Positions 33,764-46,900 of a stretch of 64,000 bases of DNA are shown here, in pieces. Numbering within the stretch: the first letter of the stretch is position 1; the number at the start of each line of letters is the position of its first letter. A model generated the notes under the pieces. That model worked only from the letters and a program-made list of their open reading frames with translations. It did not search any database and was not told the DNA's origin. The translations under genes and the position numbers were made by a program. The stretch is from Scyliorhinus canicula (taxonomy: Eukaryota): NCBI RefSeq assembly GCF_902713615.1, contig NC_052174.1, forward strand, positions 12,022,514 through 12,086,513, written 5' to 3'.

Positions 33764-36015
33764 NTCCCTCTCCCCCCATCCCTCGCCCCATCCCTCCCCC
33801 TCGGATGGAGCATCAGGGTGCCGTGTCTGGTCACCGCGCTGGAGGAAAGGGGATGTTGGCCGGGGCCGTATTATAATAATCTTTATTATTGTCACAAGTA
33901 GGCTTACATTAACACTGCAATGAAGTTACTGTGAAAAGCCCCCTAGTTGCCACATTCCGGCGCCTATTCGGGTACACTGAGGCAGAATTCAGAATGTCCA
34001 ATTCACCTAACAAACACGTCTTTCGGGACTTGAGGGGGGAAACCGGAGGAAACCCACGCAGACACTGGGGAGAATGTGCAGACAGTGACCCAGCGGGGTA
34101 TCGAACCTGGGACCCTGGCACTGTGAAACAACAGTGCTAACCATTGTGGCGCCCGTGAGGGCGCAGGGGAGGGTTGCGAGGGCGCAGGATAGGTTCGCGG
34201 GGGTTGTGAGGATGCAGGGGAGGTTTGCCGGGGTCGTGAGGGCGCAGGGGAGGTTCGCGGGGGACGTTGCCTGGACTGGAGCGGTTCCGCTGTGAAGGGC
34301 GGCTGGTTAGGCTCGGGTTGCTTTCTGTTGAGCACAGGAGGCTGAGGGGTGTGTGGGGGGACCTGATCGGGCTGCACAAAATTATGAGGGACAAAGATTG
34401 GTCAGATCAAAAGGAACTTGTCACCACAAAAACAGAAAATACTGGACAATCTCAACAGGTCTGACAGCGTCTGGAGAGCGAAGGGAGCTAACGTTTCTGG
34501 TCTGGTTGACTTTGTCAAAGCTTTGACAGAGGAATTTGTTCCTCTTGGTAGAGCAGGTCGCTAACCAGGGGCCATAGATTTAAGGTCAAGGGCAGGAGAT
34601 TTTGGAGGGGATTTGAAGACCGCCTTCTCACCCAGAGTGTGGTGTGAACCTGTTCCCCATATCCCTTTAACCCGTTTTTAAATATCAGAAATATTTCTCC
34701 TTGATTCAGACACCACCGCACTATGGGGGCAGCGAGTTCCACAAATTCACCACCCTCCTCGTGAAGTAGTTCGTCCTCATCTCAGTTCTAAATAGACCGC
34801 CTCTCAACCTATATCCGTGACCTCTGGTTCCAGATTGTCCCACAAGTGGAAACATTTGGTCTACGTTTACTTTATCAATCCCTTTTAGTATTTTATGCAC
34901 CTCGCTCAGATCCCCGCTCATTCTTCTAAACTCCAGCAACTATAAAACCCAAACCGTTCAATCTCTCCTCGTACGTCCACCCTTTCATCCCCCGGAATCA
35001 ACCTGCTGAACGTCCTCTAAACTGCCTCCAGTGTCACCACATCCTTCCTCAAATAAGGAGGCCAGAACTGGTCGAGGCGGGAACCCTCCCCACACCTAAA
35101 GAAACATTTAGTTGAGCGATTGAAACGCTGCAGCAAACAAGGCCACGGGGCCAAGTGCTGGGAAACGGGATGAGAATAGACATGGGCTTGATGGACGACG
35201 CTGACACGACGGGCTGAATGGCCTCTTTCCGTGCTGCAAAACTCTCTAAATAGCCTTAAACTGTTGAAGGGGGTTTGGCTTGTGAAGAAAAGTTGAGCAG
35301 TTTGGGCCAGTATCCTTTGGCGTTTATCAGATCTTATTGAAACGTATAAGATTCTGAGGGCACTTCAATGCTGAGAGATTGTGGGTGAATCTAGGAGGCC
35401 ACAGTTTAAAGATAACCCGTCTCCCCTCTCAGGTGGAGGTGAGGGTGAATTATTTCTCCCACGGGTCATTAGTGTTTGGAATTCCCTCCGCCGGGGAGCA
35501 GTGGACGCTGAATATATTCAAGGCCGCGTTAGACAGATCTTTGAATGACGATCGGTTAGGTGGAGGTGGGGGTGGGGTGGGGGGGGGGGGGGGGGGGGGG
35601 TGGTCAGGGAAGTGGAGTCGAGACCCACAACCGGATAGTATTGAATGGCCGAGCAGGTGCAAGGGGCCGAATGGCCTGCCGCTACGAATTCGCGCTGCTG
35701 GAAATGCTCAGTAGGTCTCTGTGGCGAGAGAAGGAAGCCTTTTTCTCTCTCTCCACAGAGACTGTCTGACCCGCTAAGAGTTTTCCAGCCTTTGTTGAAG
35801 CTTGTGGGACTGGAATATTCTGTTCGATTTTAGGCGCGCGCCCTTTGGGAAGTGTGTGAAGTCTGTCGAGGGAGAGAGAGTGCAGGGGAGATTGCCCAGG
35901 CTTGGTCACCGGACAGCTTGAATTAATGGGCTGCCTGTTCCGAAAAGTGTTTTATTTTAACTTCTGGGGTGTTGTTTTCTTTTGTGCCCTGCAGGGTAGA
36001 TGATGGGAGTTAAGC

Positions 36016-36171
36016 ATGGCCGAGGAGAAGAAACTGAAGATCAGTAACACGCTGCTTCCCACAGAGTCCATGAAAGTCATCGCTGAATCCACAGGAATCT
36101 CCCAGCTCTCCGAGGAAACGTGCCAAAGCTTGACCGAGGAAGTGAGCTACAGGATCAAGGAGCTGGCACAG
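36016..36171 (+). CDS. TAF6: TAF6 coding exon 1 (exon starts at 35995)
   Basis: Acceptor ccctgcag| at 35994; ATG 36016 in strong context (AGCATGG); donor CAG|GTAAGC. Confidence 0.95.
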
Positions 36172-37959
36172 GTAAGCGTGCGTTGTACGCAGCAGCACAC
36201 TTCTGTGTTTGCACGCAGCCCCCTGCCTGCTTTGAATTTAGGCGCAGTCCTGCATCTGTGTCCTGTGTATCGACACACACAGTCTGTGTTTACAAACAGA
36301 CCAGTGTGGGTGTTGTCTGTATTTATGTGATCCGTATGTCTGTGTCACCAGTATTTATCCAGGGCCCTGTGTGTGTCTCTACTGTATTTTTGTGTAGTTC
36401 CATCCTGCTTCCTTTGTGCGTGGCCCTCTATACCGGCCCTGCATTTACGAGTACACCCCCCCCTCCCGCCCGTGCCTACCCTGCGTTTACACACGGTCTT
36501 TGCATGCAATCCCACGCCACGGCCTGCTGCTGTGCTTTCTGACTTCTGCCTCGTATCTTCCTGGCCTCCGCTTTGGGCAGGAGGCCACCGACTGACTGTC
36601 CAGCCCATAGTTGGAGACCGCCCCTCCAGCCGGATATTGTGTTCGTCTCCTTTGCGGGGCGCGTGCAAACCGCTTTGCCTGCCTCTTCGGATGAATGTTA
36701 AAGCTGTGCTGGGGAGGAAGCAGGGTTGGTGCTCTGGGAGGGTGAGGTGAATGACATGAAAGAACCTTCCGAGCCCCATTAAAGTATCATTTTAAACTAG
36801 CGCGACTTGTGTCTCTCCTCCCACAGGATGCTTTGAAGTACATGCACCATGGAAAGCGGAAGAAGCTGACGACAGTCGATATCGATTGTGCCCTGAAGCT
36901 GAAAAATGTTGAGGTGTGCCTGTCTCTCTCAATCGTTTCCTTCTGTTTTAACCTTTGTAGTTCAACACGATGGGAGAAAGAGGATGTTAAGAAGTTGGCC
37001 AGTAGTTATCCGGCTTTAGGTTTTAATCTGCGGGGTGCGGCTCGACACGCAATAGTCTACAAGCTTGGTGCGATGCTGAAGGAGGCCATTCGGCCTATCA
37101 TGTCTCTGCCTGCTCTTTGATAGAGCTTTCCAATTAGCCCCACCCCCCACTGCTCTTTTCCCACCCTTCTTTAGTTAAATTTTTTGCCCGTTGAGTATTT
37201 ATTCCATTCCCCGTTTGAATGTGTTACTATTAGAATCGTAGAATTTACAGTGCAGAAGGAGGCCATTCGGCCCCTCTAGTCTGCAGCGACCCTTGGAAAG
37301 CGGACCCTACCTCACCTCCACCCTATCCCAGTAACCCCACCTAACATTTTTTGGACGCGAGGGGCAATTTAGCCCGGCCAATCCACCTAACCCGCACGTC
37401 TTTGGACTGTGGGAGGAAACCGGAGCACCCGGAGGAAACCCACGCACACACGGGGAGAACGTGCAGACTCCGCACAGACAGTGACCCAAGCCGAGAATCG
37501 AACCTGGGACCCTGGCGCTGTGAAGCATTGGTAATAACCACTGTGCTACCGTGCCGCCCGCTCAGATGACATCTTCCAGATCACAATGTGCTAAATTAAT
37601 ATCGTTAACGAAAGCAATTCTCATCTCTGCCTTCCCCACCTTGGTTCTGTTGCCAGTTCTCTTCAACCCGTGCCCCTATTCACTGACCCTCCTGCCAGTG
37701 GAAGCAATTTATCCTTATTTATTCAATGTGCACCCTTCATGATTTTGCTCAGCTCCATTGAATCTTGCCTTGACCTCCTCTGCTCTAAGGAGAAGCATCC
37801 TGGCTTCTCTAGCCCCTCCACACGGGCTGTCGTCTCTCCTGCCCATTTGAGTTGGTGAAGCAGAGGTGTTTAATGAAGGAAGTTACGGGTGGGGTGGAGC
37901 GGCTGGGTTTACGGTAAGGGATTTTGTGGGGGCCCTGTTTGTTAACCGCTGCCCTCTCG

Positions 37960-37994
<35 letters not shown>

Positions 37995-40900
37995 TTACAG
38001 CCGCTGTACGGGTTCCAAGCTCAGGAGTTCATTCCCTTCCGCTACGCCAGCGGAGGAGGGCGAGAACTCCACTTCTATGAGGAGAAGGAGGTCGACCTCA
38101 GCGACATCATCAACACCCCACTCCCTCGGGTGCCACTGGATGTCTGCCTCAAAGGTAAGTGTGGGTTTAAAATCGATTCATTAGTCACTTGCCAGTGCAG
38201 AAGTTGAGTATGAATGAAATGAAAATGGCTTATTGTCACAAGTAGGCTTCAGTGAAGTTACTGTGAAAAGCCCCTAGTCACCACATTCCGGCGCCTGTTC
38301 GGGGAGGCTGGTGCGGGAATTGAACCGTGCTGCTGGCCTGCCTTGGTCTGCTTTAAATCCCGTCAGGACAAATGTGAGAATACCAAATTTCAAAGGGAGA
38401 AACGATTTATGCTACACGATAGAAGGGCGCTGATTACTTGACAAGTCGATTGTAGCCGCGTTGCCGTGGAGAGTGCACGAACGAACTACTGTCCCCCCCC
38501 CCCCCCCCGTGCTTTTGTTCCCGACGATCGTTCGCTGGTGCATTCTCCATGGCAACGTCTAGGCCAATCAGTCGATTTGCCAATCACACAGAACCCTCTG
38601 CTCAAGCAGTGTCAATTATTGCTCCCTTCGACATTTGGCATTCTTGTGTCTGCCCTGGTGAGTGCAAGACGAAAAGCATTGACCGCATCTCTCTTCACCG
38701 ATAATCAATCAATTAATTAATAAACCTGGGATACAAACCAATTTAAAAAACCCATTTGCTTAAGTCTTATCAGGAATGCAAATCTGCCGTCCCCCCCTTG
38801 GTCTGGTCTACATGTGACTCTGGACCCACAACAATGTGCTGGACTCTTAACTGCTCCTCTCTGAAATGGCCCCAGGAAGCCACCCAGTTGTTAGGCAGCT
38901 CCTCCGCCACCTGCCCATGGGCAATTAGGAATGGACAAGAGATTGAGGTGTAGAAGGCAGTTGTCTGGGAGGCTCTAAAGGCGGTGGTGAGATGATCTCG
39001 TTTAAGGCCAGGGTGAACAAAGAGGAGAGGTGGGAGCGGCAGAGGGTCATAGATGAGATGCTGGAGGCAGATAGGAGTTATGCAGAAGATGGGGACCCAG
39101 CAAAGTTGGAAAAGAGGAAGGAACTACAGGCGAGCTTTGACCGACTTTCCACCAGGAAGGCGGTGCGCCAACTGAGGCGAGTAAGGGGGCGCAGTTTACG
39201 AGCCCGGAGAGAAGGTGGGGCAGATGTTAACGGGGCGACGGCAAGGGAAATTGTTCAGGTCTGGGACAGGGCAGGGAAGTTGGTGGTAGCTCCGGATCAG
39301 ATTAACAAGGTTTTTAAGGAATTCTATGAGAGGTTGTACAGGTCAGAGCCACCTGGGGGAGACCGGGAGATGCAGGAATTTCTAGATGGGTTGGTGTACC
39401 CGAGGTTAGGGGAGGGGGACAGGGCTGCATTAGAAAGAGCAATAGTGGAGCAGAGGATAGAGGATGCAATTGGGAAGATGCAGTCGGGGACGGTGGCAGG
39501 GCCGGATGGGTTTCCGGTGGAATATTATAAAAAATTCAACAATAAGCTGGTACCGCTGATGGTGGGGATGTTTGAGGAGGCGATAGGGAAGGGGGTGTTA
39601 CCACAAACCTTGGGTCAGGCATCGATTTCCCTGTAGCTTAAAAAAGATAAGGATCCAATGGAGTGTGGGTCGTATAGGTCCACATCACTGTTAAACGTGG
39701 ACGCAAAAGTGTTGGCGAAGGTACTGGCAGGCAGGCTAGAGGAGTGCCTCCCGAACGTGATAGGCGAAGATCAGACGGGGTTTGTGAGAGGGAGGCAGCT
39801 CTTTTTTCGAACGTTAGGAGGATATTGAACGTGGTTATGGCACCGGCGGAGGAAACAGGCGGTTGTGGTATTGGACGCCGAGCAAACGGGTAGAATGGGG
39901 GCACTTGATGGCGGTTCTGGAGCGGTTTGGGATTGCACCCAGATTTGTGGACTGGGTAAAGCTGTATAAGGAGCCCAGGGCGAGTGTTCACACAAATAAC
40001 ATCAGCTCGAGATACTTTTCTCTCCACCGTGGGACTAGGCAGGGATGTCCTATGTCCCCCCCCCGCTGTTTGCACTCGCGATTGAGCTGTTGGCGATTGC
40101 CTTAGGATGTTTGGGGGTATGGAAAGGGATAGTGCGGGGGTGGGGGGATAGAGCATAGGGTGTCCTTATCTGCCGATGACTTGTTATTATACGTGTCAGG
40201 ACCGAATGTGTCAATAGGGGGAATACTAGAGCTGCTTCGAGTGTTTGGGTTTTTCTCGAGGTACAAATTAATTCTAGGCACAAGTGAATATTTTATGGTG
40301 TCTCGGCCAGGGGTGGTGGGGGCTGCCATTCCGTAGGGCAGGGACTCATTTTAGATACCTGGGGGTGCAGGTTACTCGGGAGTGGGGGAGCTTCGCAGGT
40401 ACAACATCTCTAGTTTGGTGGGGAGAGGGAAAGCCGATCTGGCGAGGTGGGATGGTCTCCCTCTGTCACTGGCGGGTCGGGTACAGGCGGTTAAAATGAA
40501 CGTGTTGCCGCGATTTCTGTTTATTTTCCAATGCCTGCCGATTTTCCTGCCCAAAGGCATTTTTTAGAGAGATTGATGGAATGATTACCTCGTTCATATG
40601 GGGAGGGAAGGTGGCCAGAGTTAGAAAGGTGCTGCTACAGAGGGGAAGGCAGGCAGGGGGTTTGGGTCTTCCGAACCTGCTGTAATATTACTGGGCGGCG
40701 AATGTGGAGAAGGTGCGGAGCTGGGTCAGAGGGGTTGATTCCCAGTGGGTCAGAATGGAGGAGAGTTTGTGCAGGGGGTCAGGATTGAAGGCACTAGCAA
40801 CAGCGCTACTCCCGACATCCCCGGGGAAATACTCGGAGTCCGGTAGTAATAGCTTCATTAAGAATCTGGAGGCAGTTTCGCCAACACTTCGGGTTGGGGG

Positions 40901-43900
40901 CAGGGTCGAGGGAAATGCCGATTCAGGGGAACCACAGATTTGAGCCAGGGAAGTGGGCCGGAAATGGGAGGAGAAGGGGATTAAGACACTAAAAGATTTG
41001 TTTCTTGGGGGTCGGTTTGCAGGATTGAAGGAGCTGGAAGCGAAGTATGGGCTGGAGCAGGGGGAAATATTTAGATACATGCAGGCTCGAGATTTTGCCA
41101 GAAAGGAGATACAGGGCTTCCCGGTGGAGCTGGCCTCCACATTGCTGGAGGAGGTGCTGACAACAGGGGGACTGGAGAAGGGGGTAGTGTCAGCGGTTTA
41201 CGGAGCTATTTTGGAAGAGGATAAGGCACCACTGGAAGGGATCAAAGTAAAGTGGGAGGAAGAGTTGGGAGAGGGAATGGAGGAGGGGTTCTGGTGTGAG
41301 ATGCTCCGGAGAGTGAATGCCTCCACCTCGTGGCGGGGGGACCTGCTGGAATTGACTCTTGAGAAGGTTATAAGTTTGAACTAAGGGGAAGGATGGAGGG
41401 GTTGTACAGTTCATGGGCGTTATTCGTTGGGCACTTTCAAGAATTGGATAACATCGAACATTAGTGGGAGAAGGGCTGGGGGGGGGGGGGGGGGGGGACT
41501 GTGTGTGTTAATGGTGACTATGGGTGATTCCTGATTCCTTTTTTTCATTTGTTTATGTTAACATGCGGGCTAATGTCTGGGGGTTTGGTGGGAGGATGGG
41601 ATTGTTGTTGATATTGACATTGCTCGTCACTGTTTATTGTTGGTGGGTGCAAATTTGGGAGAAAATGTGAAAAAGGAGGAGAAAAATATATTTTTTTTAA
41701 AAAAGGAATGCTGACTCCCAAGTGTGAATGTAAAAACGCAAGCGTAACCGGGTGTAATCGTCTCTCCTTTTGCTTTTCAGCCCACTGGCTCAGTATCGAA
41801 GGAGTGCAGCCTGCAATTCCAGAGAATCCACCCCCAGGTAAGGCGAACGTCGGTGTCGTCTCTCTCTGACAGAAATACTTGTATCTGTAGGTAAAATCGG
41901 CAGGAGAGTCCGTTCGGCCGGTAGGGTCTGCTACACCATTGAAGACCGCCACGTCCGATCATCTTCCTCAAGTCCATTTCCCCCGTCCTATTCCTCTAAT
42001 CTCCGAAAATCTGGTGGTCTCAGCCTTGAGTGTAGCACCCAGAACTCCCTGGGGTAGAGAGTTCCGAGGGCACTGGAATTGACTGGAGAAAGTTCTCCTT
42101 GTCTCGGTGCCAAATGGCGGACTCGGACCGCCTATCCTGAGACCGTGACCCTGCGTTCTAAACTCTCGAGTCAGGGAAAGTCTCAATCAAATCCATTAAG
42201 ACATTGATGTGAGGAAATGCTTAATACAGTTGTGTAATCGACCAGTCTTTGATTTTAAGGCTATGGCACGTTGTAGAGGAATTAATTTCTATCTATCTAC
42301 CCTATCGAATCTCTTAATCGTCTTGAGCCCCTAAATTAGATCACCCCTTAATATTTTGTACGCAAGTGAAGACACGCTTCAATGCCTCGTAGTTGATGCT
42401 GCCAAGTTCTGGTATCATTCAGCTGGTATCTTCTCTGCAACTTCCCCAAGACTAATTATTCTTCGCGGCGCAGATGCTGTTTAGCACACTGGGCTAAATC
42501 GCTGGCTTTGAAAGCAGGCCAGCAGCACGGTTCGATTCCCGTAACAGCCTCCCCGAACAGGCGCCGGAATGTGGCGACTAGGGGCTTTTCACAGTAACTT
42601 CATTGAAGCCTACTCGTGACAATAAGCCATTTTCATTTCATTTCAAATGTAAAGCCACTCAGAGTAGGGTCTGGCCAGAGCCCCTCTACAACTGCAGCCG
42701 TAGCAGTTAATGAGTTTTCCCTTGTCCCGGAATTGCTAACTCGGCGCGCGAGTCCGCTTAAGTCCATCAGGAAAGGCTCCTTCCTTATTTACCATTCCTC
42801 GAATGCTCTCAAAACTAGCTCGGTTCCCACCGCTGCCTCCGTGTTAACAGAGTTCCTGATCTTCGGACTGTGAGCTCCTAATTGTGTTTGTGTTTTCCAT
42901 TCTCCTCCTCCCCCATCTCAGCGCCTAAAGAGCAGCAGAAGGTCGAATCTACCGAGCCTCTGAAGGTCATCAAACCGGGGCAAGAGGAAGAAGGGCAAGC
43001 AAAGGGCAAAGGTCAAGGGTCTGCGGCCACGGATGGCAAAGGTCAGGAACCCGTGCCTGAGCAATGCGATTCTGTCGAAGTGTGAGAATGAATGCAAACT
43101 GTTGAGATTTGATCTGGGAAGAGTGCAAAGTTTTTTAAAAAGGCACAGAAGGAGGCCATTCGGGCCTATTGTGTCCATACTAGGCAAGAAACAGTGATCA
43201 TAACTGTACCCAGTACTCTAGCCGCGGTCTAACTCGTGTTTTATAAAGTGATAGAGAACCAATGAATTTGACTGTCCTAAAGTTAACTTTTGGGGAGAAA
43301 ATCTATAAATTGTTAATCTTATCTAAATGACATTGACGATCGATTTCTCCCCCTCCATTTAATTTTGGCCTCGCTTCTGTCACTTTTACATGAATCAGTT
43401 TTTTTAAAAAAATAGCCTGGCTCGGGATTTAAGCTGGTCTACTAATTTGTCTAATGTGCTCTTGAGAGCTGTTGCCAAGCCTGGCGTGTTTTGCCTGCCT
43501 CTAGTTGCCACGAGAAGGTGGCGTCTTTTATTGTCTAATGATCCCTGCCCTCCAGCCAATTACAGGCATTCCCTCTTGAGTGTTGAAGAGTCTGCAGTAA
43601 AACCTGCTGACTAATTGTAGGAAGCAACGAAACTAGGAGTGGGGGGAAGTTATATTGATTATCTCTCTCTGTCCTGTCCTCTGCCCCATCTCTTTTCTTT
43701 TCCCCAACACACTTGATCTTACTGTCTCTCCATTCCCTCCCCCCTCTCTTTCTCTCACAGCATCTCCCTCTACTCCCCCCTCTCGCCCCCCCAACCATGT
43801 GTGCTCGTTCTCTCGTACACTCTCTGATGTGTTCTGTAATATTCTCGCGTGCTGAGTCTCATGCGCGCTCTGATGTGTTCTAATATTCTAGTGTGCTTGC

Positions 43901-46900
43901 TCTCGTGCGCTGTCTGATGTGTTCTGTAATATTCTCCCGTGCTCGCGCTCTCGTGCTTTCTGTGTTCTGTAATATTCTCCCGTGCTTGCTTTCTCGTGCT
44001 TTCTGTGTTCTGTAATATTCTCCCGTGCTCGCTCTCTCGTGCGCTCTCTGATGTGTTCTGTAATATTCTCGCATGTTCGTCTCTATCTGTTCGTCTCTCC
44101 CGTCCGCTCTCTGATGTGTTCTGTAATATTCTCGCGTGCTTGCTCTCTCGTGCTTTCTGTGTTCTGTAATATTCTCCCGTGCTTGCTCTCTCGTGCGCTC
44201 TCTGATGCGTTCTGTAGTATTCTCCCGTGCTCGCTCTCTCGTGCTTTCTGTGTTCTGTAATATTCTCGCATGTTCGTCTCTATCTGTTCGTCTCTCCCGT
44301 CCGCTCTCTGATGTGTTCTGTAATATTCTCGCGTGCTTGCTCTCTCGTGCTTTCTGTGTTCTGTAATATTCTCCCGTGCTTGCTCTCTCGTGCGCTCTCT
44401 GATGCGTTCCGTAATATTCTCGTGTGCTTGCTCTCTCGTGCTTTCTGTGTTCTGTAATATTCTCCCGTGCTTGCTCTCTCGTGCTTTCTGTGTTCTGTAA
44501 TATTCTCCCGTGCTCGCTCTCTCGTGCGCTCTCTGATGTGTTCTGTAATATTCTCGCATGTTCGTCTCTATCTGTTCGTCTCTCCCGTCCGCTCTCTGAT
44601 GTGTTCTATTATATTCTCGTGTGCTCGCTCTCTCGTGCGCTCTCTGATGTGTTCTGTAATATTCTCCCGTGCTTGCTCTCTCGTGCGCTCTCTGATGTGT
44701 TCTGTAATATTCTCCCGTGCTTGCTCTCTCGTGCTTTCTGTGTTCTGTAATATTCTCTCGTGCTTTCTGTGTTCTGTAATATTCTCGCATGTTCGGCTCT
44801 ATCTGTTCGTCTCTCCCGTCCGCTCTCTGATGCGTTCTGTAATATTCTCCCGTGCTTGCTTTCTCGTGCTTTCTGTGTTCTGTAATATTCTCCCGTGCTC
44901 GCTCTCTCGTGCGCTCTCTGATGTGTTCTGTAATATTCTCGCATGTTCGTCTCTATCTGTTCGTCTCTCCCGTCCGCTCTCTGATGTGTTCTATTATATT
45001 CTCGTGTGCTCGCTCTCTCGTGCTTTCTGTGTTCTGTAATATTCTCCCGTGCTTGCTCTCTCGTGCGCTCTCTGATGCGTTCTGTAATATTCTCCCGTGC
45101 TCGCTCTCTCGTGCTTTCTGTGTTCTGTAATATTCTCGCATGTTCGTCTCTATCTGTTCGTCTCTCCCGTCCGCTCTCTGATGTGTTCTGTAATATTCTC
45201 CCGTGCTTGCTCTCTCGTGCTTTCTGTGTTCTGTAATATTCTCCCGTGCTCGCTCTCTCGTGCTTTCTGTGTTCTGTAATATTCTCCCGTGCTTGCTTTC
45301 TCGTGCTTTCTGTGTTCTGTAATATTCTCCCGTGCTCGCTCTCTCGTGCGCTCTCTGATGTGTTCTGTAATATTCTCGCATGTTCGTCTCTATCTGTTCG
45401 TCTCTCCCGTCTGCTCTCTGATGTGTTCTGTAATATTCTCGCGTGCTTGCTCTCTCGTGCTTTCTGTGTTCTGTAATATTCTCCCGTGCTTGCTCTCTCG
45501 TGCGCTCTCTGATGCGTTCTGTAATATTCTCCCGTGCTCGCTCTCTCGTGCTTTCTGTGTTCTGTAATATTCTCGCATGTTCGTCTCTATCTGTTCGTCT
45601 CTCCCGTCCGCTCTCTGATGTGTTCTGTAATATTCTCGCGTGCTTGCTCTCTCGTGCTTTCTGTGTCCTGTAATATTCTCCCGTGATTGCTCTCTCGTGC
45701 GCTCTCTGATGCGTTCTGTAATATTCTCCCGTGCTTGCTCTCTCGTGCGCTCTCTGATGCGTTCTGTAATATTCTCCCGTGCTCGCTCTCTCGTGCTTTC
45801 TGTGTTCTGTAATATTCTCGCATGTTCGGCTCTATCTGTTCGTCTCTCCCGTCCGCTCTCTGATGTGTTCTGTAATATTCTCCCGTGCTTGCTCTCTCGT
45901 GCGCTCTCTGATGCGTTCTGTAATATTCTCCCGTGCTTGCTCTCTCGTGCTTTCTGTGTTCTGTAATATTCTCCCGTGCTCGCTCTCTCGTGCTTTCTGT
46001 GTTCTGTAATATTCTCGCATGTTCGGCTCTATCTGTTCGTCTCTCCCGTCCGCTCTCTGATGTGTTCTATTATATTCTCGTGTGCTCGCTCTCTCGTGCG
46101 CTCTCTGATGTGTTCTGTAATATTCTCCCGTGCTTGCTCTCTCGTGCGCTCTCTGATGTGTTCTGTAATATTCTCCCGTGCTTGCTCTCTCGTGCTTTCT
46201 GTGTTCTGTAATATTCTCCCGTGCTCGCTCTCTCGTGCTTTCTGTGTTCTGTAATATTCTCGCATGTTCGGCTCTATCTGTTCGTCTCTCCCGTCCGCTC
46301 TCTGATGCGTTCTGTAATATTCTCCCGTGCTTGCTTTCTCGTGCTTTCTGTGTTCTGTAATATTCTCCCGTGCTCGCTCTCTCGTGCGCTCTCTGATGTG
46401 TTCTGTAATATTCTCGCATGTTCGTCTCTATCTGTTCGTCTCTCCCGTCCGCTCTCTGATGTGTTCTATTATATTCTCGTGTGCTCGCTCTCTCGTGCTT
46501 TCTGTGTTCTGTAATATTCTCGTGTGCTCGCTCTCTCGTGCTTTCTGTGTTCTGTAATATTCTCCCGTGCTTGCTTTCTCGTGCTTTCTGTGTTCTGTAA
46601 TATTCTCCCGTGCTCGCTCTCTCGTGCGCTCTCTGATGTGTTCTGTAATATTCTCGCATGTTCGTCTCTATCTGTTCGTCTCTCCCGTCTGCTCTCTGAT
46701 GTGTTCTGTAATATTCTCGCGTGCTTGCTCTCTCGTGCTTTCTGTGTTCTGTAATATTCTCCCGTGCTTGCTCTCTCGTGCGCTCTCTGATGCGTTCTGT
46801 AATATTCTCCCGTGCTCGCTCTCTCGTGCTTTCTGTGTTCTGTAATATTCTCGCATGTTCGTCTCTATCTGTTCGTCTCTCCCGTCCGCTCTCTGATGTG

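Noticed and set aside
31946-33923. Long ORFs spanning X residues
   Set aside because: They are artefacts of translating through N gaps, as at 14546-15544.
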